Below are positions 51,461-64,000 of a stretch of DNA of 64,000 nucleotides, in pieces. The position numbers were made by a program, and so were the translations under genes. A model generated the notes under the pieces. It saw only the letters and a list, made by a program, of their open reading frames with translations. It had not been told where the DNA came from and did no database searches. Source of the stretch: Gnetum montanum (taxonomy: Eukaryota; Plantae; Gnetophyta); NCBI GenBank assembly GCA_015680685.1, contig MNCI01002119.1, positions 338,923-402,922 on the forward strand. The letters run 5' to 3'. Numbering within the stretch: the stretch's first letter is position 1; each line of letters begins with the position of its first letter.

Positions 51461-54400
51461 ATGATTTCCTCAACCACCATTGTTGCTACCTCAAACCTTG
51501 AGGTCCCCTTTTAGGTTTAGGGCACCATAGGTGCTGAGTGACCACCTAGCCCAATGCAAGGGCCATGCTGATCTCTCAAGATCCAAAATCGATCACCTAA
51601 GAGCTTGGTACAACATACTAAAATTTATAGTTTTCTCTGCACTAAGAACCAGGAGAATCTACCTTTAGATGCCTAAGAACTTGAAGACAAATGTAACTTC
51701 AAGTTTTCTTACTACAATGGGAGAGAATTTATCCCTATGCCTACTGTTTTCATTCCCCTGATGAAAATGCATCAGTGGATCTTAGATCAGCTGGTATGGA
51801 TAAGTAGGCCTAGGGAGCAGCAAGACACGACATCTTACTATGATGAGGTGTTTCAAGAAGGAAAAGAGGACCTGGATTCTTAGTCCAAGGGTGGGGGTCA
51901 AACTAACCCTGCAACTATCCCTTGCATGGCCTTTTGGTCGAATCCACTCTTTACAAATGCTTCCTTTATGATTACCTCCATCCCATCGCATGCTGCAGTC
52001 TCATCGGCCACGGGTAGCCATGCCATGCCCTCGACGTATCAACGTGCTTATCCATCTATCTCATTTCCAGGTGCTATCCCTCCACAATATATTCCTGAAT
52101 ACATCCCTTCATCGTACCAAGCACTGATCATGGCTACCCTGCCTTATGTCCACACGGTACCTACATCGTAATTACATACAGTCTCTGCTTTCATTCTAGC
52201 ATCTACACCTATTCCACCATCAATGGCAAGCCCATCCCCAACCACGTGATGGACCCCAATCACCTCTCTTCCTACTTCGTAACCTTTCCAAATGTCACAC
52301 TATGCTCACTATCAAGCATACTAGGTCCTGAAAATGGTACAACCAAGCGCAGGATTGTGGTCTTCCCCACTGATCACACAAACGACCTATCCTATGGCAC
52401 CACTAGCAGCTGCTACTCTAGCAGCACCACCCATTGGGTGGTGGACAGCATAATCAGCACCCTTTGTAGGGGCCGTCCCAATGGTGCCACCTATGAGCTA
52501 GGTCACTACCCCTACCACAACACCAATGGTGGCCACCCGCACAACCCCACAACTGTCTACGTTACCCTTGGATCTAGATCAAGCATTTCAACTTATCCAG
52601 ACCCTTACTGAAGAGGTTAGATGCCTCAAAGCCATCGGTTTTGATACAATGAAGATCATGGATTTCTACCATGATGACCCCATCAACCTAGCAGTCCCCA
52701 TGCTCACATTACCCCCTAGGATTTCACTCCTTTACTTTACAAAATACAATGGGGAGGATGACCCCAATGCACATCTCGTGACATTTAGATCTGAGTCCCT
52801 TCTACTACAATAATGGCCGCACACCATCATCCGCATCTTTGCTATGTCTCTGATGGGCAAATATTTGGATTGGTACCGTGCACTCCCATGCTCTTCCATC
52901 TCAACCCTAGAGGATTTGCTAACTCAGTTCATAAATCATTTCAAGTATAACTTGAAACCAGAGGTTACGCTGGATCAATTAATGAGCGTTAAGCAAGATC
53001 CACTAGAATCAGTCCAAAAATTTATATAGCGGTGGAGTGCTATCTTGAATGAGATCCGTGAGTCTATCAAAGAGGCCCATATGCTAGCCATCTTTAAGAA
53101 TGTAGTGAATGACTTTATTAAGTCTAAACTATACTACCTAGCTCCATGAACTCTTAGTTAAGCTTTTGCCCAAACCAAGAGTATTCAAGACGTGGCCGAG
53201 GCAAGTAAAGATCTAGCCTATGTTGCATATAAAAACACATATATCAAGAAGGACAAAGAGAAAGGCAAGGCTACAATAGCCACAGTGGCCATTGTGGAAA
53301 ATAAAGCCAAGCCCAACAACAAGAACAACAAAAAGGTGGCCACTACATCAACTAACCCTGTGCCTGACCCAAGCAACGCTACTCAACCCTCTACGTCGAC
53401 ACCCAAAGCACCCACCCTGCCTAAGCCCAACTTCAAGCGTAAAGATCATTCCAAGTACAACCCACTACCAGTCAAGCCTTTAGAACTTTTGAAGAAATTG
53501 CTAGGGGTGGGGTACATTCAATACAAATGGATGTCAGAGGAGGAAACCAAGAGACATCAATGGTACTAAGAACTCCTTAGGAACCCTTCCTTAGCTTTGC
53601 CCAATGAATCCCCAGTTCCTAAGAACTTCAAGCTAGAGCGATTTTGTGACTACCATCAACTTTGTGGTCATGACACAGATTACTATTTATCGTTAAAGGA
53701 TGATATTCAATGAAGGATTGATCAAGGGAAGTTGGTTCTAGATGAAAGAAACCCCATACATCACTAGAATCAATCTATGCACATTTACATAGATCCACTT
53801 AACTCCAACAACACTGGCTACATCATCAACACCATTGGCATAGATAGTAATCTTGAACTACCTCAGCAGCCATTCATGGTTCGTGTGCCTTAGCGTAGTG
53901 CTCCCACACTAGCAGTGGCCAAAAAAACACTGTAGCAACCATTTGTCATAAAGGTCCCTCCTCAAACATCCACACCACTGCCCGCACTAACGCCACAAAC
54001 ACCATTCATCATTAGGGGGCCAAACCACTCAACTACCCCCATTCCATAAAACCAACATAAGATGACATCACAGCCTTCTCGTTCAAGGAAACGAGAAGAG
54101 CATCCAACAAGTGAAATGGCTACAAAATGTACCACCCCAGGTCCTTCCAAGCCTAATCATTCATCCTCTACGTCTATGCCCACCTCATCACCAAAAGTTA
54201 ACACCGCTATGCATGCACAGTCATCACCACCTCACCTAAAAGGGTCCAAGCCCAAACCCAAAACTGCTCCTCCTTAGGAAATTGATCTTCTAGGATGAAT
54301 GGAAGAAGAAAAGGGTAGTAAACAATAAGAAGTTGGGAAAGACCTCATAAGCGCTCTTACTCAGGTAAAATAGGCTGTAAAATAAAAGAACACAACGTTG

Positions 54401-55255
54401 AGTCTGTATGAACTGATAATGACTCCCACTGCACACCGCAAGGCTTTAGTTTGCATGTTAGTGTCCATACCAGTTGATGAGAACATACTAGTAGAGGATA
54501 AGGCAATCCATGCAGTTATGCTTCCTACTATGTCCGAAGAACCATTGTCATCCCAACTTACATTTTGTGATGATTCCATTAGAGAAGACCCTGAAAAGGG
54601 TTAGCTGATATCAGCACCTCTCTTCGTCACAATTTGGATTGGTCAACATAAGATCCGAAGAGTACACATTGATGACGAGGCTGCTACGAACGTCATCCCA
54701 TTCCCCATAGTGGACAAACTGGGTTTGGTAGACCAAATCAAGCCCATGACAACATCATTTCTAAAGTCATTCAATGGGGCATGGGTAGTGGTGAAAGGTA
54801 CTATTCACATTGACTTTTTGGTAGGGGACCAGTTCCCCACAAGTGCGACATTAATCATGGTGGAAGAGATGCTCGGGTTTAACCTAATCTTGGGGAGGTT
54901 ATGGTTAACCCAACTCAAGGCCATCTCTTCACCCATACATCAGGAAATCCATCTACCTTACGTAGGCAGGGAGGTGGTGATCCATGGTGATGAGGTGATA
55001 ACCTAAGAAATAAATAACATAGGCGTAGAGTAGGGATCAGAAGTCATAACCTCTGAAAACGAGGCACCTACTTCTGTTGACACTAACTGTTTGACAAGAG
55101 AGCCAGCCCAAGGCGCTGGCTTAGAAAATGAAACTATGTGGGTTGAGCTACCTTTCCAAGCAGTAGACGACGATGTAGAAGAATATCAAAATAATGTCTC
55201 TCAGCCTTATGTATCACCAAACCTGCGATGGGTTAGAAAGTAGTCGCGAGGATGA
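51461..55255 (+). pseudogene. gag: E gag-protease
   Basis: FTKYNGEDDPNAHL, DWYRALP, CDYHQLCGHDTDY, protease region to GFNLILGRLWL, tail WVELPF..SRG*. Confidence 0.88.
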
Positions 55256-55409
55256 TTATTACTCGTGTAGCATAACGGCTCCATTGCTCTGTACCCAACT
55301 AACACCCATTATACATTTATTCTTTGTTTGCTTCACATTCATTCATCTACACTAGGTATCTAACTTTGTTTAAAATCCCACCACATGTCCTCCATTTGCA
55401 CTACACCAT

Positions 55410-55740
55410 GGCCTGCTAAGGCCTAAAACTAGAAAATTTTTACGTTACAGCCTGCTAAGGCCTAAAACTAGCAAAATTTTCCACTTGCATTATGTTACGG
55501 CCCGCTAAGGCCTAAAACTGGCAAAATTTTCCATTAGCGTTACACTGTTACAGCCCGCTAAGGCCTAAAACTGGTCTACCCCACATCTCCGCGATTGCCC
55601 GAAATGGCCTAAAACTAGCGATGGCCTAGAATGGCCTTAAACTACCACTACGGCCTGCCAAGGCCTAAAACTGGTTATTTTAAAAAAAAAATTATTTTTC
55701 TTATCATCTGACAGTGGCTTGAAATGGCCTAGAATTAAGA
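55410..55740 (+). repeat. Hairpin+TAAACT motif array (about 8 copies) after E's gag-PR stop
   Basis: GGCC-TGCTAA-GGCC-TAAAACTAG and variants with loops CGCTAA, CGAAAT, TAGAAT, TGCCAA. Confidence 0.85.
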
Positions 55741-55890
55741 CAATAAAAAATGATAAAAACATATAACATAAATAAACACAAACCAAAATAAAGAAAATCT
55801 TTTCAAAATTCATCCTCTATTTAAAATCTCAATCAAATAAGGTTTACAACTTTTCTTCAAAAAATTTGAATAAAATCCCCTGCTACAATC

Positions 55891-58800
55891 CTATAAATTT
55901 TCTTCTGCACCATCATCTTCTCCCTCAACAGGCCTTATATCTTCATCTAGATTCTTTATCATAGAAATCAAGGTATTCAGCTAAAGTTACAAAAAAAAAA
56001 CAAGAATAAAATAAGTAGTTACATCACAAAAAAAGTGACTAACCTAAGATGGCCCCATGTCTGTCTTAGGGAATATGCGATCCAAGCTAGCCTCGAGGAG
56101 TTGCAAGACCTCCTCTTCAGTAATGTCTGCCCAATACCTATCGTCTAAGTTAGCATCTACTACAACCTTCTCCTCTTCAATAGCTATCCATATTTGTGGC
56201 CCTTGAGAAAAGGAGGCAGTGGTGGTCCCACCTGTGGGGAAACTCACATTTCGTTCGGGGGATTCACTAACTGTCACTTGTTGTATGAACTTTTCATAAG
56301 CACCAGAAGTGCCAATGACATCAAGAACACTTCATGTGTATATAGCTTAACAGAAGCATCCCAATATTATTTATGATAGATGGCACATTCTAGTTTATAC
56401 ATGTGCTTATGGTTTTTCTATGACTACCTCCACTCATAAACTCTTGTGCTATAGTCCTTTCAATCTTAGTTCTTCTAGGCCAACAAGTCCATTTGCATAC
56501 GCTGCTCTATTATTTCCTTTGTGGCCTTGTTTTTGCACCGCACGGTCGTCCAATATCTCACATAATCAATGACGTTTGTGCGCCAAATACCATCATTGGT
56601 ATCTCAGGCCAAAAGGAACTCATTCCTAGAGCAGAGGTCTTCCACCTCAGCAGTTAAATTCACCTTCTCCTTTTCAAGTCTCTGGACTCATTTGCACAAG
56701 TCTTCATTGACATGCCTGCACTCCCATAGGGGGCATGCTAAGTACAACTCACATTTGCTAACCTTGTCATATATGCGACGAGGTACTTTGGTCACTTCTG
56801 GTGGGAATGCAGGCATAGCATTGACCTTAACTGCTTCCTTGGGGTCCCACTTGAGGTGAGAGGCTATCAACCACATAAAAAAAGGCATTAGTCACAGCGG
56901 CATAGAAAATTTTAGAACCTTAAAAAGTCTAGCATAGCTACTTCACTCACTTCTGGATTGATCCTCTTTAGACGATCGATCATGTTGTCGACCATCTCCT
57001 CCATGAAAGAAAATTTATTCGGGGTCTCAGCCCATGGTCGCAAGCGGATCGAAGAAGGCCCTGTAGTGTTAACAGTGGTATCTGCCACATAACAAAACAT
57101 GTTAGTTATGATCGAGAGGACTACAATAAAGCTGACAAGAAACACAAATGACAGTGTAAAGCTCCTACCCAGCAAACCCTTAGGGGTGATAGTAGGAGGG
57201 TCACCCATCGACATACTATCAAACATGCGGTCAAACTCACCAGCATCAAGTTGTAGCTCCCCTCCTTCTAGCTAACTCAACAGCATGGCAGCATCCTCTA
57301 CGTTCATCTACTCCTCTGGCACAAAACTACATTTAGTGAAGGGATCATCGGTAGAAGCCTCTCTTTGGTTGACTAGGGCCTCTTCTTTATTCACTAGGGC
57401 CTTTCTTACTATGGGACTAGCATTTTCCTCATCGACAGGAGCATCCTCCTCATTAGCAGGAGTGTCCTTCTCATCGGTAGGAATGTTCTTCTTGTCATCA
57501 GGAGCATTCCCCTCATCAGCAAGAGCCCTTGCCTTTGTAGTAGGAGCTCCTTCTTCCTTGACTAGGGCCCTTTCATCTATGGTTGGGGGCCCTACATCTT
57601 TATTAGTCACCCTTGTTTTAGGGGCTGTCACCTCTTCTTCACCTTCTTCTTCTTCTTCTTCCTCAACTAGTAAAGCGTTGTCACATTAGGCGAAAGCATA
57701 CTAACTTGAAACAAATGTTATGCTATGCTACGCTACCTAGCATAGCATAGCGTAGTGAGCATTAACCAAAAAATGACAGCAAATAAAAAGAGGAAGTGTT
57801 TACCAATGGGAAGCTGCATTCTGTGAATCTTGAACTATAGTTTCTGCCCCCTTTGTTTGTCTGCATGGGGAGGCTCCTCAGCTGGGCGAGACCTTTTATG
57901 TTGCAAATTACTAGCCACTCTGTAATGATGCATTTTCCCTTTGACATGCTCCCCATGGTAGCAGGGGAACCTTTCCTAGGCTATCCTAGCCACGGAAGTT
58001 GCATGCCACCCGATCCCTAGTCGTCATTGAAAATGATTTCCCAATGGCTTCTGGGGGATCTTGGGACTGGGTGGTACAGAAGACTTAGCAAATCCATGGT
58101 CTAGAAATCTAGTTATGATTTTTTAGCACCTAGACTCCATTCTCACGGACTACCAAGAATTCCATAAAGCACCGCAGGTAGGCCACAAAGAAGGCATGAT
58201 GCACATTGAAACGAGATTCAAGATTCTTACAAAGTTTGACCATTTCAGCCTATAGACCTTTGCAAAGATGCTTGGCCCAATTGTAATGGGCCCCCTCTTC
58301 CATAAATTCTCTCATTATCCAAGGTTTCTTTATCCCAATGATTTTTCCTTGGAAAACCAGCTTGGGGAATACATGGGCACGGAAGACGGGATAAACCATT
58401 TTGGCCACTCTTAGCGTAGCCTTCTCAATGTGGATCCCCTTTCAGTCCTCCACCACCCCTAGCCACTCCCCAGTGTCTGACTAATCATTTCCCTCCCTTT
58501 CGATCTTTTGTACCATAGGGATACCATCAGCATGGATACCAAAGAGATCCAAAAATAGTTGGTCATTAATATCAAGCGACACTAGCACGTCGTGGATGCA
58601 TGTGTAGAAGCGGTTTGCTCTTTCATAAAAGGAGTTGGCTAGGGCAAGCATCTCGGCAGCAAGGATGCTTGGGTTGATGATCAAGAACAAATCTATGAGC
58701 CCAGCATCCTGAAGGTTATTGATGAGCGTGTTTGGGGCCCCGTTGTAGAGCCAGTGTTGGGTCTCTTCCACCTCCTCATACTTGAAGTAGATGTTAGCCT

Positions 58801-60755
58801 CATTATGCCCAAAGGTGATCACAGTGACCTCATAGGATTTCTTCGCCACTGTAGCAGTTTGCAAAGAGAAAATAAAACAAAATAACACAAAAGAAAAAAA
58901 TAGAAGAAAAAATGAAACAGTACTCGAACATGCAAGCATAAGAATCATGGTCTGCATACTAGGTTTAAACGGAGACAGAAATGGTGGGAGATCCACCAAC
59001 ACGTCTTCAATGGTGATCGGCCTAAGGGATGCCCAATTCCTATTCAACTAACTGAACTCCTTACACTTCTAGTAAAACTAGGAGTAATATGTTGGATAGG
59101 TTTTGTACTCACCCCTGCATTGGCCTATCAAACTGGCATGCACATTCCCAGTGGTGGAAAACTCCTGCAGGGCCATCTGTGCCAAAGCCAAGGCATCAGT
59201 ATCATCGTGAAGCCCATTCTTGTCGATATAAAACCTGGTAACATACAAAAAAAAAAGAAAAAGCACACATACTATTAACATTATTTCCTAGCATAGCATC
59301 CATTGCATAATGAGATGGAATACACTCACAGAACTCACTCGTAGGCAAAATACACAGTTCTTGGTGGGTTCTAAAAATAGGTCCCCACATGACGGGAAAT
59401 GAACAACGTGTTGTACGGGTGATATTAGTTATACTTAGGCATCTTCTAGATCCAACTCAAATGCCTCAAGCTTTTCAAGCACTGATTACCTTCTACCTGG
59501 TTGCCTCCACTTGTCCCATCGGTCAAAAATCTCAGAATGCCCCGGTTAGCCCTGGGCAAAAATGTTCTTGTGAATGTGGCTGCTATCTCTACAGATAAGT
59601 GTGACCAAATGATCACACTAAAGTGCTGGAGGAGGAATTTTAGGAAGTCCCGTGTGCCTTCTCGGAACCAAACCACCTATCGCTCCACACATCCATGGGG
59701 TGGAGGAACATTGGCCACCGGTTTGCTTAGGCAACACAGGACTCCTACAATTTCCAGGACAATCAAAATGGGTTTTAACATCACCCTACACAACATAATG
59801 GAAAATGTTAGTAGTATGTTTGAGTGGAGTTTGCACATAGCGTAGCATCTTTATCTATTTGTAAATAGTGTAGCATAACCCTTTCTTAGCAAGTAGCATA
59901 GCATGAGCCCTCGATCGCATATTTTTTTAAGAAAAAAAAAGGAACAAAGTTGAAAATTACAAGTAGTGTGATGAAATAACATTTGCAGCATAGCATGGCC
60001 ATCAGGCATCACACAGTGTAGCAATACTAGCTATTCCTTATAGTAACTATCACATGACGCACATAACAAACGTACAAGCATAATAATATAACAAATTTAC
60101 AGCTAAGGCAAATTCATCGATAGAACCACAAGATCAATAGCTTAGTAACATGATATTACCAATGCATTGGTCTAAAGGTCCTACAACATACTAGCCTAGT
60201 CTAGAAAAAATTATTAAATGCAAATTTTAAACGAGAAAGAATTTAATACGCTACTGTTGTGTTAACCAATCTCGTGTCGTACAAAATGATTAGCGCTACG
60301 CTGCATTAAACATGTGTTATGTTCTCAGATCTCACGCATGGCTACACCCCCCTAAGGGTTGTACACTATGCTATTTGCATGCCAGGGTTCCAGGATTACC
60401 TAAACCTCTGTGGTGAAGTAGTCACAACAATGGCAGCCTAGGCGATAATGCATGCAACCTTAACGTAGCGTCCATACACCCGTCGTGGCCAAATCAGCAA
60501 CAAAAGCAGTGTAACGGCCAAAATGGCAACAAAAACAATGACAGAAGATGTGGATTTTATTGCAAAAAAATAAAAAAAAAGAGGGTGAAGAAACAATAAT
60601 AGCAACCTAGAAAGCAAGGGTAGCGTAGCAACTTATCGGGTCGATGGAGTCTCCTATCTTACTACGATGCACGCCTGTGATAGATGCTCCAAGGTGTCTT
60701 TCACCTCGTCTACCTTGGCGAGCACTCAATGTTTGTGTTCCCCTTTAGGTGCCAC
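55891..60755 (-). pseudogene. Antisense multi-exon accessory gene of E, orthologous to that of C
   Basis: Exons 60755-60637, 59785-59339, 59234-58960, 58848-~57800, further exons down to 56044, last exon 55980-55891. Peptides KPILIVLEIVGVL..VWFREGTRDFLKFLLQHFSVIIWS, FYIDKNGLHDD, NNLQDAGLIDLFL, WIMREFMEEGAHYNWAKHL and WDPKE..LWEC align with C. Confidence 0.8.
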
Positions 60756-60889
60756 TATCTCAATTACAAATTCTCTGTTAATCGCTACGCTAAATCACCT
60801 TGCTCTCTATCAGTACAACAACTCTATGCTCTAGATGTGGGCTCTACGCTCTTACAATGAAAATGATGAGTTTATTAGGTGTAAACCCC

Positions 60890-60897
60890 TATTTATA
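60890..60897 (-). promoter_or_regulatory. Candidate TATA box of E's antisense gene
   Basis: TATAAATA on the minus strand about 140 nt upstream of exon 1. C has TATAAGTA at 36008-36015, about 115 nt upstream of its ATG. Confidence 0.55.
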
Positions 60898-61074
60898 GCC
60901 AACATGGTAAGATGAACTTGTCATTTACATGTCTCAATTAATGTGGGACATTCCGTATAGTGTAGCACTCCCATCATAGCATAGCATCACTGTTTGCATC
61001 ATAGCAAGTGGGCCCAACCAAGAATTTCATCCCACCTTAAACTAGCAACTTACCTTCGCAAGAATAACCTGTTA

Positions 61075-61262
61075 GCAGTCCACAAAGACCTTAAACTAAT
61101 AGCATTGACTTACAAACCTAAGCTGTTAATGGTCCGCAAAGACCTTAAACTAACACTTACAACTAACAATTCAACCAAGTTAAACATTCCGTAAAGACCT
61201 TAAACTCGCAATTTTAAATTACAACTTTGCATCCTGGTAGTCCGCTACGACCTTAAACTAGT
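61075..61262 (+). repeat. Hairpin+TAAACT motif array upstream of E's pol
   Basis: GTC-CACAAA-GAC-CTTAAACTA, GGTC-CGCAAA-GACC-TTAAACTA, GTC-CGCTAC-GAC-CTTAAACTA. Confidence 0.75.
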
Positions 61263-61405
61263 AGCTTACAGACTTTGTATCATAGTTGGTGATTGTTTCA
61301 AATGTTTCATATCTTATTGTTGCTTTACAATATTTACTCTCATGGTTGCTACAAATAGGTATCACTTGACCTGGCGTTTATCTTATTGTGGCAGGTTAAG
61401 CAATA

Positions 61406-64000
61406 ATGGACATGCATCGCAATTTATCTTCACTTCTAGCCTTAACAGGTCCATATGGTGAGCTTACAAGATAGCTAAATCCAAAGTTAATAGACTAGGG
61501 ATCGTCCACCAATAGCACTGTGGCATCCTTAGAAACATCCCTAGACTAGCTTGAACATCTGGTCCAAGCCTTAGATTTAGAGGCTGGAGATGTAGCTGAG
61601 GAACCTCTCATTGAAATGCCTGTGACTACATCTAGAGGGAAAATAAAAATGTTAAAACTTAGCTCCCTCCTAAATTCACAAATGCATAAAGATGTATCCA
61701 AAATCCTTCAAGATAACATCAATGTATTTGCGTGGTCTTATGATGACATGTCAAGCTTAGATCCGAGGCTTATATAGCATAACATTGTCTTAGACCCACA
61801 TATGAAGGCATTCAAAAAAAAGGCTCAGAGAGTTAAGCCAGAGATCGCACTAGCTGTACGTGATGAAATCGCTAAGCTATATCAGGTTGATTTCATTCAG
61901 GCATTTGATTACTTAGAATGGGTATCAAACATTGTTGTAGTTTCTAAGAAAATGGGAGGAATACTAATCTATATAGAATTTCGGGATCTAAACAAAGTAA
62001 CAATCAAAGATAAATTCCCACTACTAAGTATTGATCAACTTGTCAACACTACAGTTGGTCACGCTCTGCTATCTTTCATGGACAGTTTCTCCGACTACAA
62101 TCAAATTCGTATCAACCTAGAGCATCAGTTAACAACCACTTTCATGACCCCATGGGGTACCTTCTATTACACTATGATGCTCTTTGGACTCAAGAATGCC
62201 AGAGCAACCTACCAAAGAGCCATGAATACATCTTTAGTGACTACATCCTAGAAACACTAAATGACTATGTAGATGACATAGAGGTCAAATCTAAAAAGGC
62301 TGCTGATCATCCCAATGATCTAGGTGTAGTCCTTAAACATTGTCATATGCATGACTTACACATTAATCCAAAGAATTATGTCTTTGGGGTAAAAATCAAG
62401 CGTATGCTAGGGTTCGTAGTTTCAGAGGCTGGGATACAAGTGGACCCTGATAAAGTTAAGGCCATCGTTAATCTAGCATCCCCTACCAACCTTAAAGAAT
62501 TATGTGGGTTGCAAGGTAGGGTATAGTTCATTAGAAGGTTTATAGCGAAGTTGACTAACAAGTTACACCCCATGTAACACTTACTAAAGAAAGGGGTTAA
62601 CTTTGAATGGATAACCCAGTGCCAACAACCCTTTGATGACGTAAAGAAAGAGCTTATACACCTCCCAACTATTTACCCACCGCAGAGGTTCTACATCTAC
62701 CTTGCTACCTCAGACATGTCTATTGTGGCATTTTTGTATAAAAAAAGAGAGGATAGCTCTAAGACCCCAATCTATTACTTAAGCCACGCATTGATAGCAT
62801 ATGAAGCCAAATATAACAAAGTGGAAAGAAATTGCCTTGCCCTAGTGTTTACATTAAAAAAGTGGAGGCATTATCTATTCCGCAGTCAAGTGAACATCAT
62901 ATGCAAAAGAAACATACTTCGGGCTATCATAAATAACTTGTATGAAAGTAGTAGGATAACCCAATGGAAAGAAATAACAGTAGAGTTCAATTTACATTAT
63001 GTGGCCCAATCATCAATGAAAGGTCAAGAGATAGCTACATAGCTTGAAACCTCACCTGTTGATGATAAGGTAATCATAGAATCCAAATTCCCAAATGAAC
63101 AAATTAGCACTATCAATCTTGTACCATCGCATTTCGAGGAAACTATGCACTTTGACGGTGCCTCAACTATGTGAGGTGGTAGTGCTACCACCGTCATTTC
63201 ATCACCCTCAGTGAACATGCAACCTTTTGCTTACCTCTTTGCATTCCTTTATACGAACAATGTGGCTGAGTACGAAGGACTCCTCAGAGACCTCTTAGGA
63301 GCCCAGTAATTAAAAATTCAACATTTGGCAATTCGAGGTGACTCCCAACTTGTCATCAATCAAATCACTAAGGTCTATGCTTGCAAAGCTACTCATCTAC
63401 AACCCTATTATGACCTAGCCAAAATTTTGCTCAAAAATTTTGCCACAACAGATGTCCAACATGTGCCATGCAATGAAAACACCGTAGTAGATGCCTTGGC
63501 CACGCTAGCATTAAATGTGCCACCACACCTATTCGCAACCTTGCCCGCATCGATAACCGAGTGTATGGAGCCTATCACTCAAGCGGTACATGTAGCCTCT
63601 GTAAGTGTTGCTAACACCCAAGAGTGGTATGCCAACATTAAATCCTATCTGCAACATGGAAAATCCCCACGCAGTTTAACATCTACCCAAAGGGATACAA
63701 TTAGAAAGCATGCTCGGAAATATGTACTAATGGGAGATAACTCTTTATGCAAACACTCCTTTGACAGGATATTGCTAGCATGCATAAATGAGGACCAAGC
63801 GCAAAAGATCATCAATGAAGTCCATAAAGGACTATGCGGTGGACACATAGCCCCTAGGGCCATGGCAGCAAAGATTAGGCACCCAGGATATTACTAGCCT
63901 CACATGGAATGAGATTTCCTTGCCAAGATTAAGACTTGTGACATGTACTAATGATATGAAAATCTTTTACATGTTTCACCTACCGAGTTACACCCTACAC
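61406..64000 (+). pseudogene. pol: E pol: RT, RNase H, archaeal-type RNase H, start of integrase (runs off window)
   Basis: WVSNIVVV, FRDLN, YVDD, PIYYLSH, FDGAS..TNNVAEYEG..GDSQLVINQ, HKGLCGGH. Confidence 0.92.

Larger units (their letters stand above)
12737..64000 (+). mobile_element. Element E: Tat/Ogre-type element, 5' LTR interrupted by C, running off the right edge within integrase
   Basis: LTR halves 12737-13857 and 50486-51221 join to match the B LTR (GACRTAGTC..GRCTCCATTT). PBS, gag-PR, spacer gene and RT-RH-aRH-INT follow. Confidence 0.88.

Overview
Land-plant-type heterochromatin made almost entirely of nested, decayed Ty3/Gypsy LTR retrotransposons of the non-chromovirus Tat/Ogre type. 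They share LTRs starting TGAAACACC and ending ..ACA, a tRNA-Asn PBS (TGGCGCTAGAAGGAGGG), a CX2HX4HX4C Gag knuckle, RT-RH-aRH-INT order and no chromodomain. Reconstructed nest: B (+, LTR 9862-11749) was hit in gag by E (+, 12737 to beyond 64000). E's 5' LTR was hit by C (-, 13858-50480). C's RT was hit by full-length D (+, 19409-34781). A 4.22-kb tandem duplication (33924-38147 / 38148-42370) followed. A GC-rich, younger-looking element A (-, 1-5162) and an older fragment X (5163-9861) fill the left end. No host gene is evident. Main discovery candidate: in two clearly diverged families (C and E) the long spacer between protease and RT holds the same antisense, TATA-preceded, about 8-exon gene with conserved intron positions and phases. 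It encodes an FCP1/NIF-like HAD phosphatase domain lacking key aspartates, a plant-mobile-domain (PMD)-like region, a coiled coil and an acidic tail. The spacer ends and 3' UTRs also carry arrays of a strand-specific, covarying hairpin motif (RYC-N6-GRY followed by TAAACT). All domain calls are by-eye motif recognition, not database results.
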